Assembly: GCA_964199315.1 (NCBI GenBank)
Contig: OZ116704.1
Coordinates: 30,380,001 to 30,444,000, forward strand
Length of the DNA stretch: 64,000 bases
Source of the DNA: Orbicella franksi
Taxonomy: Eukaryota
Direction: 5' to 3'
This document shows positions 13,021-25,500 of this stretch, piece by piece (within the stretch, counting starts at the first letter, position 1; every line of letters starts with the position of its first letter). Made by a program: the position numbers and the translations under genes. The notes beneath the pieces are model-generated. The model was not told the origin of the DNA. It saw nothing but the letters and a program-made list of their open reading frames with translations, and searched no databases.

Positions 13021-14563
13021 AGCGAGTTTGCTGGACTCAAATGTTATATCAGTGCCGAAAATTCGCGTTAAGACATCTTTTCTTAGCATTGCGTGATCGC
13101 GAGGAAAATCACTATGTCTGTTGGCCAAACGTACCCAAATTTACTGCGTACGAGATATCTAGAGCCATGATTAGCTTTGAAGTTTAGTTAAGTATTATCC
13201 TTCACTCGAAGGCTCAATAGGATTGCATTGATTACCCTCAGGTAAACTAATGCAAGCAGAATGTATTACTCGAGACTACTTCATATAAGCGTAAGTCTCT
13301 TAGACTGACATTGGATCAAGTGAAACCAAGCAGGGAAGGAATAACTAATCTCGATATCCATGTTACTACTTGAAACGCAATTAGTCTCTATGTTTAGTTT
13401 TCTTACTATTGTTCTACTTACCTTATTGACAGCAGATCCATTAACAGCCAAACTTCACCGTCAAGGAAACACTTTCTTTATCACAGTGACATACATCTTT
13501 GTGATTCTTCGAGAAGATAACCTGTGAGACTAATGTTTCGTGATTTACGTTAGCATTGCTGCAATCAATGACACTTGGTGATGCACATGGTATGTCGGTT
13601 GAAGGGAAACCTGGGTGTTGATTTATGTAAACAGCATGCGAGATCGAAAGGGCAACCTACAGATATAGTATTCATTTTAGTTGGTATTTGAATTTGAGCC
13701 ACTTATTAATGGGAGAAAAAAAAAAAAAAAAAAAAGAGAAGAGCAAACAAAGCCACAAACCCAATTTTTTAAAACACATTTACAGTTAATAATAAGCTGT
13801 AGTTTAACTCTTTTTTTTTTTTTTTTGCACTTCCAAAGCATTCTTGAAATGTCTTTAATTAATTTCCACTTAAGCTTAAAATAAATTACAATGCTCGCTT
13901 TTAAAACATTTTTATTTGCTGTCCTTTTCCGTTCCATACAACGAGTTCAAAACAAACCCAAAACAGAGGCTTTTTTTCCCTCTTAATCAAGAATAATCAT
14001 GACTCTAAGCTCGACAAAGTATGCGGAGTGATTTCGGGACGGAGTTTAAGTCATCTTATATGCTAAACGATTTGACGCAACGAACAGTAAACAACTGAAT
14101 TAGGGGAACGGGTGCAGCTAAAGGTTTGATAGCTGTCACAAGGCCAACAATAAAAAAAAGTAAATAAAAAAAAAAACAAAAAACAGGGAAAACAAATTGA
14201 GGGAAGAAGACGGCTTAATCAAGATCGCGACTTGGCAACATGGTTCATTAACATAGAGCTACGGATTGATGATAGAGAAGGAATGCATTTTTGATGGCTA
14301 ATTAAGGAAAGCCATAGTTTATGAGAGGGGTTATCGCTACAGTGAATGGAAAAGCTGGAGATATCTTCAGGTTTCAATTAGGATCGCTAAACAAAACAGG
14401 TAATATTTTCGTCCCGTCGCCAATGAGCCTGCGGCGCAGCATGTGAACTGGGCTTAAACGTGTTTTTCACAAAAACAACTACAACGCTGACTTTATTAGA
14501 CGAAACATTTACCGACCTAGTGAAGCTGCCGTTACGAACAGGAACCCTACACCTGTTACTACA

Positions 14564-15058
14564 GTGACTATACCTTACATTAAGGGCACTTCTGAGACCA
14601 TCTCACGGATCCTAGAGCCCTACAACATTCGTGTAGCCCACAAACCTACAACTACGTTACGACACTTACTGACCAAAGTGAAAGACAGAGACGAACCTAA
14701 CAACAGACAGGGCGCAGTTTACAAGATCAAATGCTCCGACTGCCAGGCTTCCTACATTGGTGAGACTGGCAGAAACCTCAACACGAGACTGACTGAACAC
14801 AAACGAGCCACGAGAAATGGTGATGCCAACAATCACATTGCTGTACATCATCAACTGACAAACCACAACATTGACTGGGACTTTGCTCAGTGCTTAACCT
14901 GCAGTACAAACTATTTTCAACGACTGACTCTGGAAAGCTGGTACACTAACCCAGAACAAACGCCTCTTAACAGATGTCAACAACGGCCGGCGCCTTACAG
15001 ACGACTTATCCATGACGGAAACGAAACCGACAAACGGACTTCTAACAGACCGACTTAA
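14564..15058 (+). CDS. GIY-YIG endonuclease domain of the Penelope-like element (truncated ORF, no genuine ATG start)
   Basis: ORF track 164 aa with GAVY...YIGETGR, RLTEH and LESW motifs. The frame extends ~39 codons further upstream. Confidence 0.8.
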   Translation: MTIPYIKGTSETISRILEPYNIRVAHKPTTTLRHLLTKVKDRDEPNNRQGAVYKIKCSDCQASYIGETGRNLNTRLTEHKRATRNGDANNHIAVHHQLTNHNIDWDFAQCLTCSTNYFQRLTLESWYTNPEQTPLNRCQQRPAPYRRLIHDGNETDKRTSNRPT

Positions 15059-15233
15059 CAATACACGGACCAAAAACCGACCTATTTGACTAACAATAGA
15101 CGGATCGAAGCCCATCAATGACTGATGACAAACTTTACACGAGTCTTTCAGCCAATACCATCATGGCTATACTGACCAATCATGTTCAACGAACCACACT
15201 TATAACATCATCGATTGACAAACAGTATTTACT

Positions 15234-15278
15234 TGACTCTGAAGATGACTTCCGCTCAGGTTGTCGAAACGTCAGTCA
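15234..15278 (+). ncRNA. Minimal type I hammerhead ribozyme motif in the Penelope-like element
   Basis: Sequence tgact-CTGAAGA-t-gac...gtc-GAAA-cg-TC-agtca. Helix I is tgact(15234-38)/agtca(15274-78), the core is CUGANGA (15239-45), helix II is gac/gtc, followed by GAAA (15266-69) and a palindromic ACGT stub for helix III. Predicted cleavage is after GUC at 15273. Confidence 0.7.
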
Positions 15279-18200
15279 CCAACAACAGTTCTTTTCAGAA
15301 CTACACTTACCCGGACGATCACACTATACGATATCCTGTTTGTTTCATTGATATACATACCGGATTATCCGAGAGATGTCGATAATTATTATTTTTTTGT
15401 TTTTTACCCAAGTGCACGAGTTGTCCTTTTCGAAGACATTATCGTTTGTCTTTTTTCGATCTGAGAATTACACGTATCGTCCATTGTTTTCTTCAATCAG
15501 TTTCTCACGTCTTGGCATTTTTTCCCCCCTATATTTTAAGGTTAACCGCAGCGTAAATGTAATACTTCTTTAACAAAGAACATTGACAGTGATCAACATG
15601 ACTTCGCTGTTGGACGAATATACAAATACCAAAGCTGTCTATTTATCTATAAATAGCTGACCGTGTGATTAAATCAAGTTCATCTGTAGAACTGGAAAGC
15701 TCTTTGAAGTTAAAAATAAAAACAGGGGTCATGCTATGCATAGCATGACCAAGTTACCTGTCACTATTACCCGTGGCGCATAGATAGTATCAGTTCGATT
15801 TCATTGTTCGGATTGCTAAACAACTTTTCTCTTTTGAGCGATAGGATACTCACGTTACGATATTTATGAGTCAAATTCAATCGACATCGATAATGAAAAT
15901 CACCGAAAGTCATTATAAAGCTCTTAAGTCTCATTCCTTCAGCATAAACTGCAAAGGACAGCACTTTCTTTCTTGCATATAGTTAAATCAGCTCAGTCAC
16001 TGTATTGGAATATTTTGACAACGTACAAAATTACCTTCAAATTGAAGAAAAGCTGAAAATAATAGTCTGCCAAGAGAAGAAATCCCTAAAGAGATAATAA
16101 TAAACCCTAACGAAGCAAGGATTGTAAAGGATAGAGAACATTACAAAACGGCAAACTTGAAAAATTTGGTCTAAACTTTTTAAGATGAGTAAACCGTGAC
16201 CAAAGACCGATTTTCCAAAATGTCCGAGGACACTTGAGAAAATAAGCAAGTTTCTGTTTGTAAGCCTTGTTTGCGTGCGATTTTTTATCGAGGATCCCAT
16301 CTATCGGGAAAACGGTCACGACCTCTTAATTAAATCTGACGAAGCTCTTGCCATTTTGGTAGGAAGTGTATTAGTTCTAAATTAACTGAGATACGAAAAG
16401 AAGTCAATGCCACATGCCACACAATTTTGGTGACAACCCTTCAAATTCGACTCCCCTTATGACAAGTTTTCTTACAGTGCTTATATAACAACTGGTGGAA
16501 GAAACACAACAGAAATCGACCTTCTTTGCAAAATTAAAACACATACATTCACGTTCTACTTTTTGAAAAATGTAATAAAAAATCAATCCTCGTTATGAAA
16601 ACTTCACTGTGAGATACAGTAGCTGCACTTACAATCTCTTAATACAATCTCTTTGCCTTCCGTTCTTATCTAAAGTGTTCAGCAAACCTCTGAGGAGAAA
16701 TGGTCCAGAAGGAAAAAAAAAAAAATAGTGACAGGAATTTGACTCCACTCTACGGTGCAGTGATAAGCCACTGACGGCAAATTTTGGCGCTGTTTTCGGC
16801 ATTAAATTTACACTCTCCTATCCACTTCAGTTTCCACGTGCACTCACTCATTCGAACTTACGTGTTTATGTCGTTTGACTTACAGTATCCCTACACGCAC
16901 AATTCTATAGAATTTCAGGGCAGAATTGCTTTCCCTCTTTCTAAAAGACAGGGGTTCATAATTATACTATATGTGTCCTGTTGGTCAAGTCAATTAATCT
17001 CTCCCACTGAAAGCAGTGAAAGCATCATTTGCACGAAAGTTCTTGACAGACATTTACAACTTTGCATGCATTACCTCGCGTACTATCATGCGTAACGAAA
17101 CATACAAATATAACTTGGAATAGTATGAGATATAATTGAATGAAATGGAAAACAAGGTGTAAGTTAAAAGTCACAGTGAAATGAAGCAAAATAAGATATT
17201 AACAAGTAGAAACATTATTTATACACATAAAACACAAAAAGGTTGATTTGAAACGCAATATAAACATCATTGTAAATGACATAAAATTCAATGTGGTTAC
17301 CTTTCTTTGGCGCCATCGAATTCGAAGTCAGAGTTCTCAATTTTTTTGCAGCAAATTAAACAGAGCAACTAGTGCTATTTATTTATGGAGCCGATGTGTT
17401 GAAAGAATTTCTCGTTGGTTAACATAAGTTATAAACTAGCCTGCAGGAGTGTACGTGAGAAGAGTCACTTCCTTGTTATCTGGATTCTATTCAATTCTCA
17501 CCTTATGATACCGGACACAGGACAAAGCATTAATCCGCGACAGTTAATTACCAAAGGTGTAATTGTCACGGTTAAGTTTCCATTTTTGTTCGTTATTAAA
17601 AGTGCAGTGGTTTTATGAGGTGCACGTATTTCCGTTAGGGTCAGGGGAGTGAGAAAAAAAAAAAGTTTTGTCTACACGTCCACGGTCGGTAGTGTAGAAG
17701 CTGTTTGATATGAATGAGACTTCTTGTTGTGAGGGAGCCGTTTTGTAACCTATGCATTTCATTTCGATAACGAAAATTTTTTTTTTCCACACATTTTGCG
17801 GTAAAAAGTCGATGTTCAAAACTCCAGGACTGTTTGCTAAACTAATCCATTTTTTCATGCATGCACTAGGCAAACAACAAACAAAACAAAACCAAACACG
17901 AAACAAAACAAACAATGAAGCCTGATGATTGAAAATAATATAAAATAAAATAAAACTGGAACAAAAGTAAAATGCAAACAGCAAACGATCAACAAGAAGA
18001 TAACAAAAGCAATGATAACATATCCTTGAGGCTTATTATTACTTTTTTTTTCCAGCACGAGGGAGCAAGATATCGATGCGCACATGGTTTTTCTGATAAA
18101 CGGTAATTTTAGTTACAGGTCAGGGCACAGCTATGGCTATCAGGCGCACTTTTCTTTGTCATTGAGGCTCGTACTGGCAACTAAACACATCGTTAGTTTT

Positions 18201-18660
18201 CTTTTTTTTTTTTACCCTCCTAATTATAATGGCCTTTGACAACTTTGCCGATAAATTGATGCATCTATTGTCGGCAAACGAGCATGTTAATCAAGTGAAG
18301 CAAAACTAAATTTTTCCAAGCCGCCGTCTGTAGAAATTTAACCCTGCTTAACCAAAACTGTTGACCGTCGTCACGGATTTTTAATTAACTGACTGATTTT
18401 TAATTCTTTTTTCTTCTGTTTTTATTTCTGACAACTCTGTAATGGACACTGCGTTTTTCTTGTTTGCTTTTGTTTGTTTTGTCTTTTTTTTTTTTTAACA
18501 CAGAGCACAATTTACACCACAGTTTTTCTTGTCGGCTGGTGTTACTTTAGTGTATTTAATTATTACGTAACTATTAATTCTAAACCTGATTTTTATTACT
18601 ACTACCACATAGTACGTAACTGTAAATCTTCAAAAAAACCATTGCAATTTGTCGACTTCT

Positions 18661-18703
18661 GTTCGTATAGTGTGATCGTCCGGGTGAGGGCAGCCTGAGA
18701 GAA
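18661..18703 (-). mobile_element. Short solitary remnant of the Penelope-like 3' tail
   Basis: The reverse complement ttctctcaggctgccctcacccggacgatcacactatacgaac closely matches ttcttttcagaactacacttacccggacgatcacactatacga at ~15289-15330. Confidence 0.65.
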
Positions 18704-20303
18704 TACGAAACACTTTGGTAATTCGTAGGTAGGTTTTTGTACAAACAACGTGATTCCAAAGCTATAATTCGCTCCAAGGCTTATAAAAGTGTTGCCCTTA
18801 TCAGAGTGAATCCCATTATGCAGATTATTATTGTCCTCCGATTCGGATCTCATTTCACCGCGTCATTTTTCGTTATCTCGTTGAGAGCCGAAGCCGTAAT
18901 GCTTAAAATATTTTGGAGCGGAACTGAACAAAGACAATGGTGCAAGATCGCTTTTTAGATTGTTGAGTGGCATTACGCCATTATGAACTATTCGGTGCTT
19001 TTCATGTAAATATAACCATTGAAGCTTCCGATTACAACACGTACTTTGATTTTATAAGTGCAATACCTGCCTTGCTTGTCCTTTAAGAAATCTATTATTG
19101 TGAAACTGGTTAAAGTACTCTTTTTTCGACAACTAGCTCACGTATAAGCATGATGGCAATATTGTTTAGCACACTTACTGAAATCCACTCATATATATAC
19201 CCGTCTGTTTAATAGCTGAAGCTTTGTCTGTGCATTCTTTCATGAACGGAGTGAAAACTGCAATGCGCTCAGTACGATAATTGGTTTTCAATCTCCACAA
19301 CTCTATTTTTTTCAGCAAACGTAGAGTACTGTTCATTCTATAATGCTATCATGATCTTTGAAAGCCGTCAATGTGAGTGGAAATCATTATTATGACAATA
19401 TCGATGTTTATCAAAAACTGAAGCCGAGCTTGTTATCAACGCAAACGCTTCATGATCTTAACATCCTGAAGCGTTATCAAACGAAAAGCCTTTCGGCCCG
19501 CGATACTGCGATGAGGTGAAATAATACTTTTTCCTATATTCCATAAACTGACAAATGTATAATCCGTTTATCCTTGGTGCATACAGCAGTCCCACATTTT
19601 CAAGTAATGATAAAGTTACACTCACATCGTATTGCGGACATGCCTTCTCCTTAAAAGAAGCCGCACCATTCTGAGAGTCCATGCCAGCGCCTCTTCTGTA
19701 CAAAAAGGTAATATGTGTTTATCTGCATGATGTTGAAATAGTGTTAGATGGCTTCGAATAATAATAATATTATTAACGAGAGAGACACGAAGTAGCCGCG
19801 AGAGATTACAGGAAACGGTTGCAACAGAGGCGAAGCGGAGTATTCAAATGTTAGAAAAAAATAGAGAAAAAGAAAGCAAAAGCTGCCTGAAATAAAGAAA
19901 GAAGAAGGAAGAGAAAAAAAAAAATTACCGAGTGGAAGAGGAGAAAAATGACTCAATGGGAAACTCGTCCGCCATAAGAATTTAAAAAATTCCTTATCGA
20001 TTTTCTCGGAACTGAGCCGTCAATAGATATTCTGTGTTTCCGTTACGCCTCAAGTGAACCTTACTTTTTCTTTCTGTCCTTTCTCTTTTCAAACTTTTTA
20101 TCACACTTTTATTTGCATTTTAAATGAACTGTTCAGTTGTGTCCACCTTAACAAAACTGTTGGGTATTTTGTTTATTTCTAAACCACTTAAGCCAACGAA
20201 AGAACCGAACCGAACCGCAAGGTATAAAAGTTCACTTATTTCTCCTTAAGTTTATTTTTACTAAATACGCTTGTTAGTGTCCTTACTTACGATCGAGTAA
20301 AGT

Positions 20304-20529
20304 AATAGACGGATTCGGTTAACGGGTATCTATCCTTCTTTTCCAACCAATTCAGACCACGTGATGATTCATTTGGAAGGTTACTACAGTGCAATTTGTC
20401 ACACGCAACTGATAGTATGGGAGTATATATTTAATCAGAACTTCCCAAACTTCCCAAATGAATCAGTCATCACATGATTTGAGTTGATTGGCTTCAAGGA
20501 TGTAAACACGTTAGCGAAATCCATCTATT
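20304..20529. mobile_element. Fold-back MITE with long terminal inverted repeats
   Basis: The left end aatagacggattcggttaacgggt matches the right-end reverse complement aatagatggatttcgctaacgtgt. Inner arms ccaaccaattcagaccacgtgatgattcatttggaag match the reverse complement ccaatcaactcaaatcatgtgatgactgattcatttgggaag. Confidence 0.75.
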
Positions 20530-22393
20530 CCTACTCCCAAGCTTTAGAATGAACCAGGTACATGTCGCGATGTTTGCGTTTTTTTGTTCAAAGAAAAAGT
20601 CGACTGGTTTCCATGGCAATCATGACACCGAGTTTTAATGAGTGACCCAGTGGCTCGGCACGAGCGTTGCAAATTGAAGTACATTTCTTTTCCGTCCGAT
20701 GCTAAAACAGAACGAGAACTCAAAGCATTTGTTGCTGATATTCCATTCTGCGAAACGTGCGGTCGCACTCTCTAAAACCTGCGGCTAACACGTGAATTGA
20801 TTGTTTGGTAAGTTGCATGCGAAAACCTCGTTTTGCAAATGTAGGTACTAAACATCCATTAGTTGCCCTTCTGACCCAGAGCTTCTTCGAAACAAACTCT
20901 AATCAATAACAAACGAGGAAGTTCTTTTTTTTTGACGAAGATTTTTAACGAAAGATCAAGGATTTGCAACGCTATATTGCACTGCGCATGCTCAAACGTA
21001 TTATTATCAGCATTTTTATTTTTGGGGGAAAGCACATAAACTTTTATCTTGCATGGCCGTTAATCGTTATGGTTTTTTTTTTCAATGTTCATTTAAGCTT
21101 AACTCACAGAGTATTATGTCGTCACATGAACCAGAGTCATCTGTGATGTGGGTCGCATATAGGGCCGGGGAAATATGATCATATGTAATGGTTTTGCAAA
21201 TTGACACGGAAATTGCCAATTGACTAAAACACAGAAAAAAAGCCGATTAAGTGACAATGAAGAATAAAATCCCTAAGTGACTGTTGTTTCCACGGAAACA
21301 GACGTTAATTGACCTTAAGCCAGCTGTATTGGTTTTATTGGAAATTTGTTTTTATGTTTAGTGTGACGTCTCTATTGCCAAGTTAGCGAGATCACTAAAA
21401 GCTTTATTTCCATTAGTTTAAGAACTGATCTACACTTGGCTAGAAAATAGAGACAAAAAAAAAAATGCTCAGCGATGTCCTCTTCCTTGTGAAAGTCTGT
21501 TCACATTAAAGCACGTTCAAGTCTCCCAATCGACCGGTTGACTGTGCAAATGCACTGCATTATCGAGTAGACACGATCTGTCTTTCAACTTCAACGACGA
21601 CCTCTGTAAAGTTAAACAAATTGACAGGTATCAATTTGAACGAATAAGTTAAGACAATGTTTAACAGTCTTATTTTCAGAACTAGGAGACGGAGAATCAA
21701 CACACAACGTTCGTGAGAAAGGGTGAGTTGCCACCAAATTACCCATTTAAACAACTTTTCCTATCTAGTGCACGTGGTGCTTTAAGTAAGCCATGAAGAT
21801 GGCGAAATTTTTGATATCCTTCTGTGCGTTCTTGCGTTTTTGATGTCCTCTGGTTTTTGGCGAAGGTAGAATATTAAGAAAAAACGAAGCAAAGTCAATT
21901 TTCCAATATATACATACATTACTTACATACATTATTTTATTTACCCTCAGATTTCAGAGTAGCTTATGTAGCTAATATCTCCGAGATGCGCATAGATCGC
22001 TGACAGTCAGTTTCTAAGACTCTATGAGTAAATTGCGTGTGAATTAGCTGCAAGGAAAAGTGAGAAAAAAGGGAAATGTAAGGACTAAGCTATTCAAACA
22101 CTGAAGTGATGTACATGTATTGACAAAATGGGCGTGTTGATATAAACCGTGTTTAATAGCGTTATCCTCAAATCTGACTAGAAGAAGAGGAATCAACACA
22201 CGTTGTATATTTTAAAAAAATGCGAGTTGCCACCAAATTATTCCTTTAGACAGCTCTTCTGATCTAAAGGTGCTTACAGTGAGCCATTAATTTAACTGAT
22301 GACTGGACGTTTGATTTTTTTCGTTCCTGTCTTGAATTTTTGATCTCGCCTGGTTTTTGGCGAAGGCAACAGGCTATGTTTCGCTCGAACGCC

Positions 22394-22597
22394 AATAGAC
22401 CCTTTTCGACTGGGTGACTTGTTGCCCCATTTCAGACCATGTGATGATACTCTTCAAAATTCTTCCCTTCAAATTTTCAAATAGTCGTGTGCATATCAAT
22501 AAATAATTTTAAGATGGATAAAAGAGCAATTCTCTAGAGATTATCACGTGGTTTGTAATAGGAAAACAAACCGCCCAAACAAAAAAAGGTATATTGA
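22394..22597. mobile_element. MITE related to the 20304 element
   Basis: It starts aatagacccttttc and ends aaaaaggtatatt. It shares the ttcagacca(c/t)gtgatgat block with 20304-20529. Confidence 0.55.
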
Positions 22598-25500
22598 TTT
22601 AGAAAGGAAAAGTTAATTTCGATTGCTTGGTGGTCGTTTTCTTAGAAAATAAGATTGGATAACGTGTGAATAAGTGCAAGAGAAAGAAACTAAGAGTAAA
22701 AAGAGTAATGCAGAGAAATAACTCCGTACAAATATTGAAGTGATTAACTACCAGAATTAAGGCAAATTGAGCTTTCTCAGTGATATAAACTAAAGGAAAC
22801 AGAAAAAAAAACAAAAAAAAAACACGAAGTTTTGAATGACTGACTATTACCACGTTACTGTCAGTAGCTATTAAGAAGACTTATGCACAAGGCTTTATGG
22901 TCACAACTAAAAACTGATAAAACATATGGCCACCTTACACGGAGGTTCTTCCATGTCTGATGCTGTTAAGTTAAAGTATTGACTTTGCAAATGAGACATC
23001 ATAAGTTCGTGTTGTAATTTAGCTTTTAAGCTTTTTCAGAATGACCAAATTTCAACCAGTTATCATCAATTTGCTGTCAGGGCTAAGTTACAACAGATGT
23101 TCACTGCATTACTGTCGCTCAATATACAATGTTTCGCATTTTCGTATATCCTTATAATTCCCACGAAAAAGTAAACATATTAAACGAGATTAAAAAATAA
23201 ATAAATAATAATGATACTGAATCACAGGTAAATGGTGATAGAATCAGAGGGGACTTTCCAGAGTATTCCGTCAGTTTTGTCGTTAAAAACAGGAAGTGGC
23301 GATGTCATATCCAGCCAAATAAAAGCGGAAGTGTGGCTTCAGGCGTAACCAAGGGCAACCATGGCATAACGAGAGAGTGGCAAATTAATGATAATATTTC
23401 CTCAACTGAGTAATGAAGTCGCATCTTGCCTCATTAGTATGCAATATTATAATTCGCGTCATTTAATTCTCGTCTGTAGTTGATTGCTTTCATCCCCAAT
23501 TACATCTAGAGGAATCATCAGTGAAATTTTGTTTTCCTCGAAGATGACCAGAAGTTTATAACATCAACTGTCTGATCCATTTCGGTAATGAATGCTTGGT
23601 CGACTTTCCAAAATTTCTTAGCTGTCTTTCCAATTACTACGAAAATAACGCTCCAAGATTTTCTATACCCTTAAACGGCAAAAACGGAGGTTTATTTCCT
23701 TGTTTCTCTTAGTTAATTAAAATGAGATCAAGATATTAATGAAGTCAAAACATATTAACGCCTTGATTTATGAATTTAGCGACTTCTATGTCAGTACGTC
23801 TTATTTCCATTTTTGGGGGGTTAATTAGAAGCTAAAGTTTCTCAATTGTTGATATTACATAACACACCACGCGACTCCTTGCCTTTTTATGGAAGCTAAC
23901 ATGGTCTTACTATCTATTTATGTCAGAAGAAATAAGATAGCATCAATAACCTATGGAACTCTTTCATCTCTTTCAATTGACTGTACATGTTGAAATAAGC
24001 AATTTTCCGCTTTTCATGGGAACACGGTCGCTCAATAATACTGTGTAGTCTATAGTGTTACGCCCCTGGATGTAAATAGATAATTCTAGTTAAGAACACG
24101 ATTATAGCATTTAAACTAGTCACTGGAAAAAAACTAGAAATCGCGGAGCATATCACTCTGAGGTTCACCTTTCTAAATGCTTGCTTTTCCACATGAGTTT
24201 TTCAAACATGGAGCTAACATCTGCCGAAAAAGGGGCAAATGGAACCAAATTTAATTTAAACGGCGGGCGTTTATGAAAACAGCATCATGTTCTGTCGAGC
24301 TTTGCTTGTATTAATTTAACTTCCTATTGAATTCATCTTAGCCCTGGTGCTGTGAAATTATATAATTAACATAGCGGTATTTGCTTCGCAGTGGACAAAT
24401 ACATGTGCTGTTTCCAAGTCGTAAGTTGTGTGATTCTGGCACAGAGTTAATGGACTCACATATTTTCTAATCATTGAGGTTTTTCTAGACAAAAGATGAT
24501 GAATAAACATTTTGAGTAAACGCTTCATCCTGACAAGATGACTAGCTTGCGCAGGCGGTTTTCTTTGTCACAATTGTTTAATTTCACGCTGCCAAAACTT
24601 AGGTAAACAAATTACTCCCAGTTCTGGTGGCTTAATTCCCAATATATCGTGCGCTTTCCCGACTATTCCTTCAATTTGGCAGACGCGCCTTTTCTGAAAG
24701 GACAAAGGGAAGAATATTGTGGTCGAACGACCAAAATTGTGGGAGTCCTCCTTCGAGGTAAGTCATTTTAACTGGAAATGAAGTATCACTGAGAAATATT
24801 CAGCCATGAGGTTCGGTGGTGGCCGTTAGTTTCGCAAAATAATTATATATCCGGAGGTTTTTATTTTATTAAATATCAAAAATCCCAGCTATGTGTTTCT
24901 TCAGTGAATGCCATAAATTTAACGACCTTGCGTGAAGCGAGATATTTTTAACTCAAACCAAATACATGTGTATATAAACGGTTGGGAGGCATCAGTTTCA
25001 ATTCAGGTATCTTTTTAGATTCCCTACGATTCATAATCGAAGGCCGCTGTGACTGCATTTCATAAATTAAATTTATCAAAGCGCACGTTTTTATAGAACA
25101 GAATGATACGTTTTACATTTGTATTTTGATCTGAACGTTTTACTCTCAATGTTTCGGCTTCGATTTGTGAATCAGATAAGAACTGATAAATTTACTAAAT
25201 GAGGAGCTTTTTAGCACGGGTTTTTGTTGATTTTTTGCCTTGTACTGAAGTGTCACGTGTTTTTATTTAAAGTCAAATTTAAAGTCCAACTGAATGTCTT
25301 GTGGTAACAAAAAAGAACGTGAATGAAAAAACGGCAAAAATATTGTTACCACTTCCAGTTAAAGCAAGACCGACGCCCGGCTAATTTCAACATTTAACCA
25401 CAAAAAAAGGAAGTGATGTCAAGATAGTTGTTTAGTAGTTGGGTTCAAATTTAACGGAAACTGAATAACAAACTACATGATAATCACCTCGAAATTCCAA

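Larger units (their letters stand above)
14450..15332 (+). mobile_element. 5'-truncated Penelope-like retroelement (post-RT region, GIY-YIG endonuclease and 3' pseudo-LTR tail)
   Basis: Open frame from ~14447 to 15058: LKRVFHKNNY...TIPYIKGTSETISRIL...GAVYKIKCSDCQASYIGETGR...RLTEH...HIAVHH...NH...LTLESW. This gives a GIY-YIG nuclease with the C-x2-C...H...H motif typical of Penelope-like elements. The RT core is absent, and a non-coding tail with a hammerhead motif follows. Confidence 0.9.

Noticed and set aside
12636-13128. ORFs of 102-134 aa spanning the N run
   Set aside because: They are artefacts of translating through the 140-N gap.
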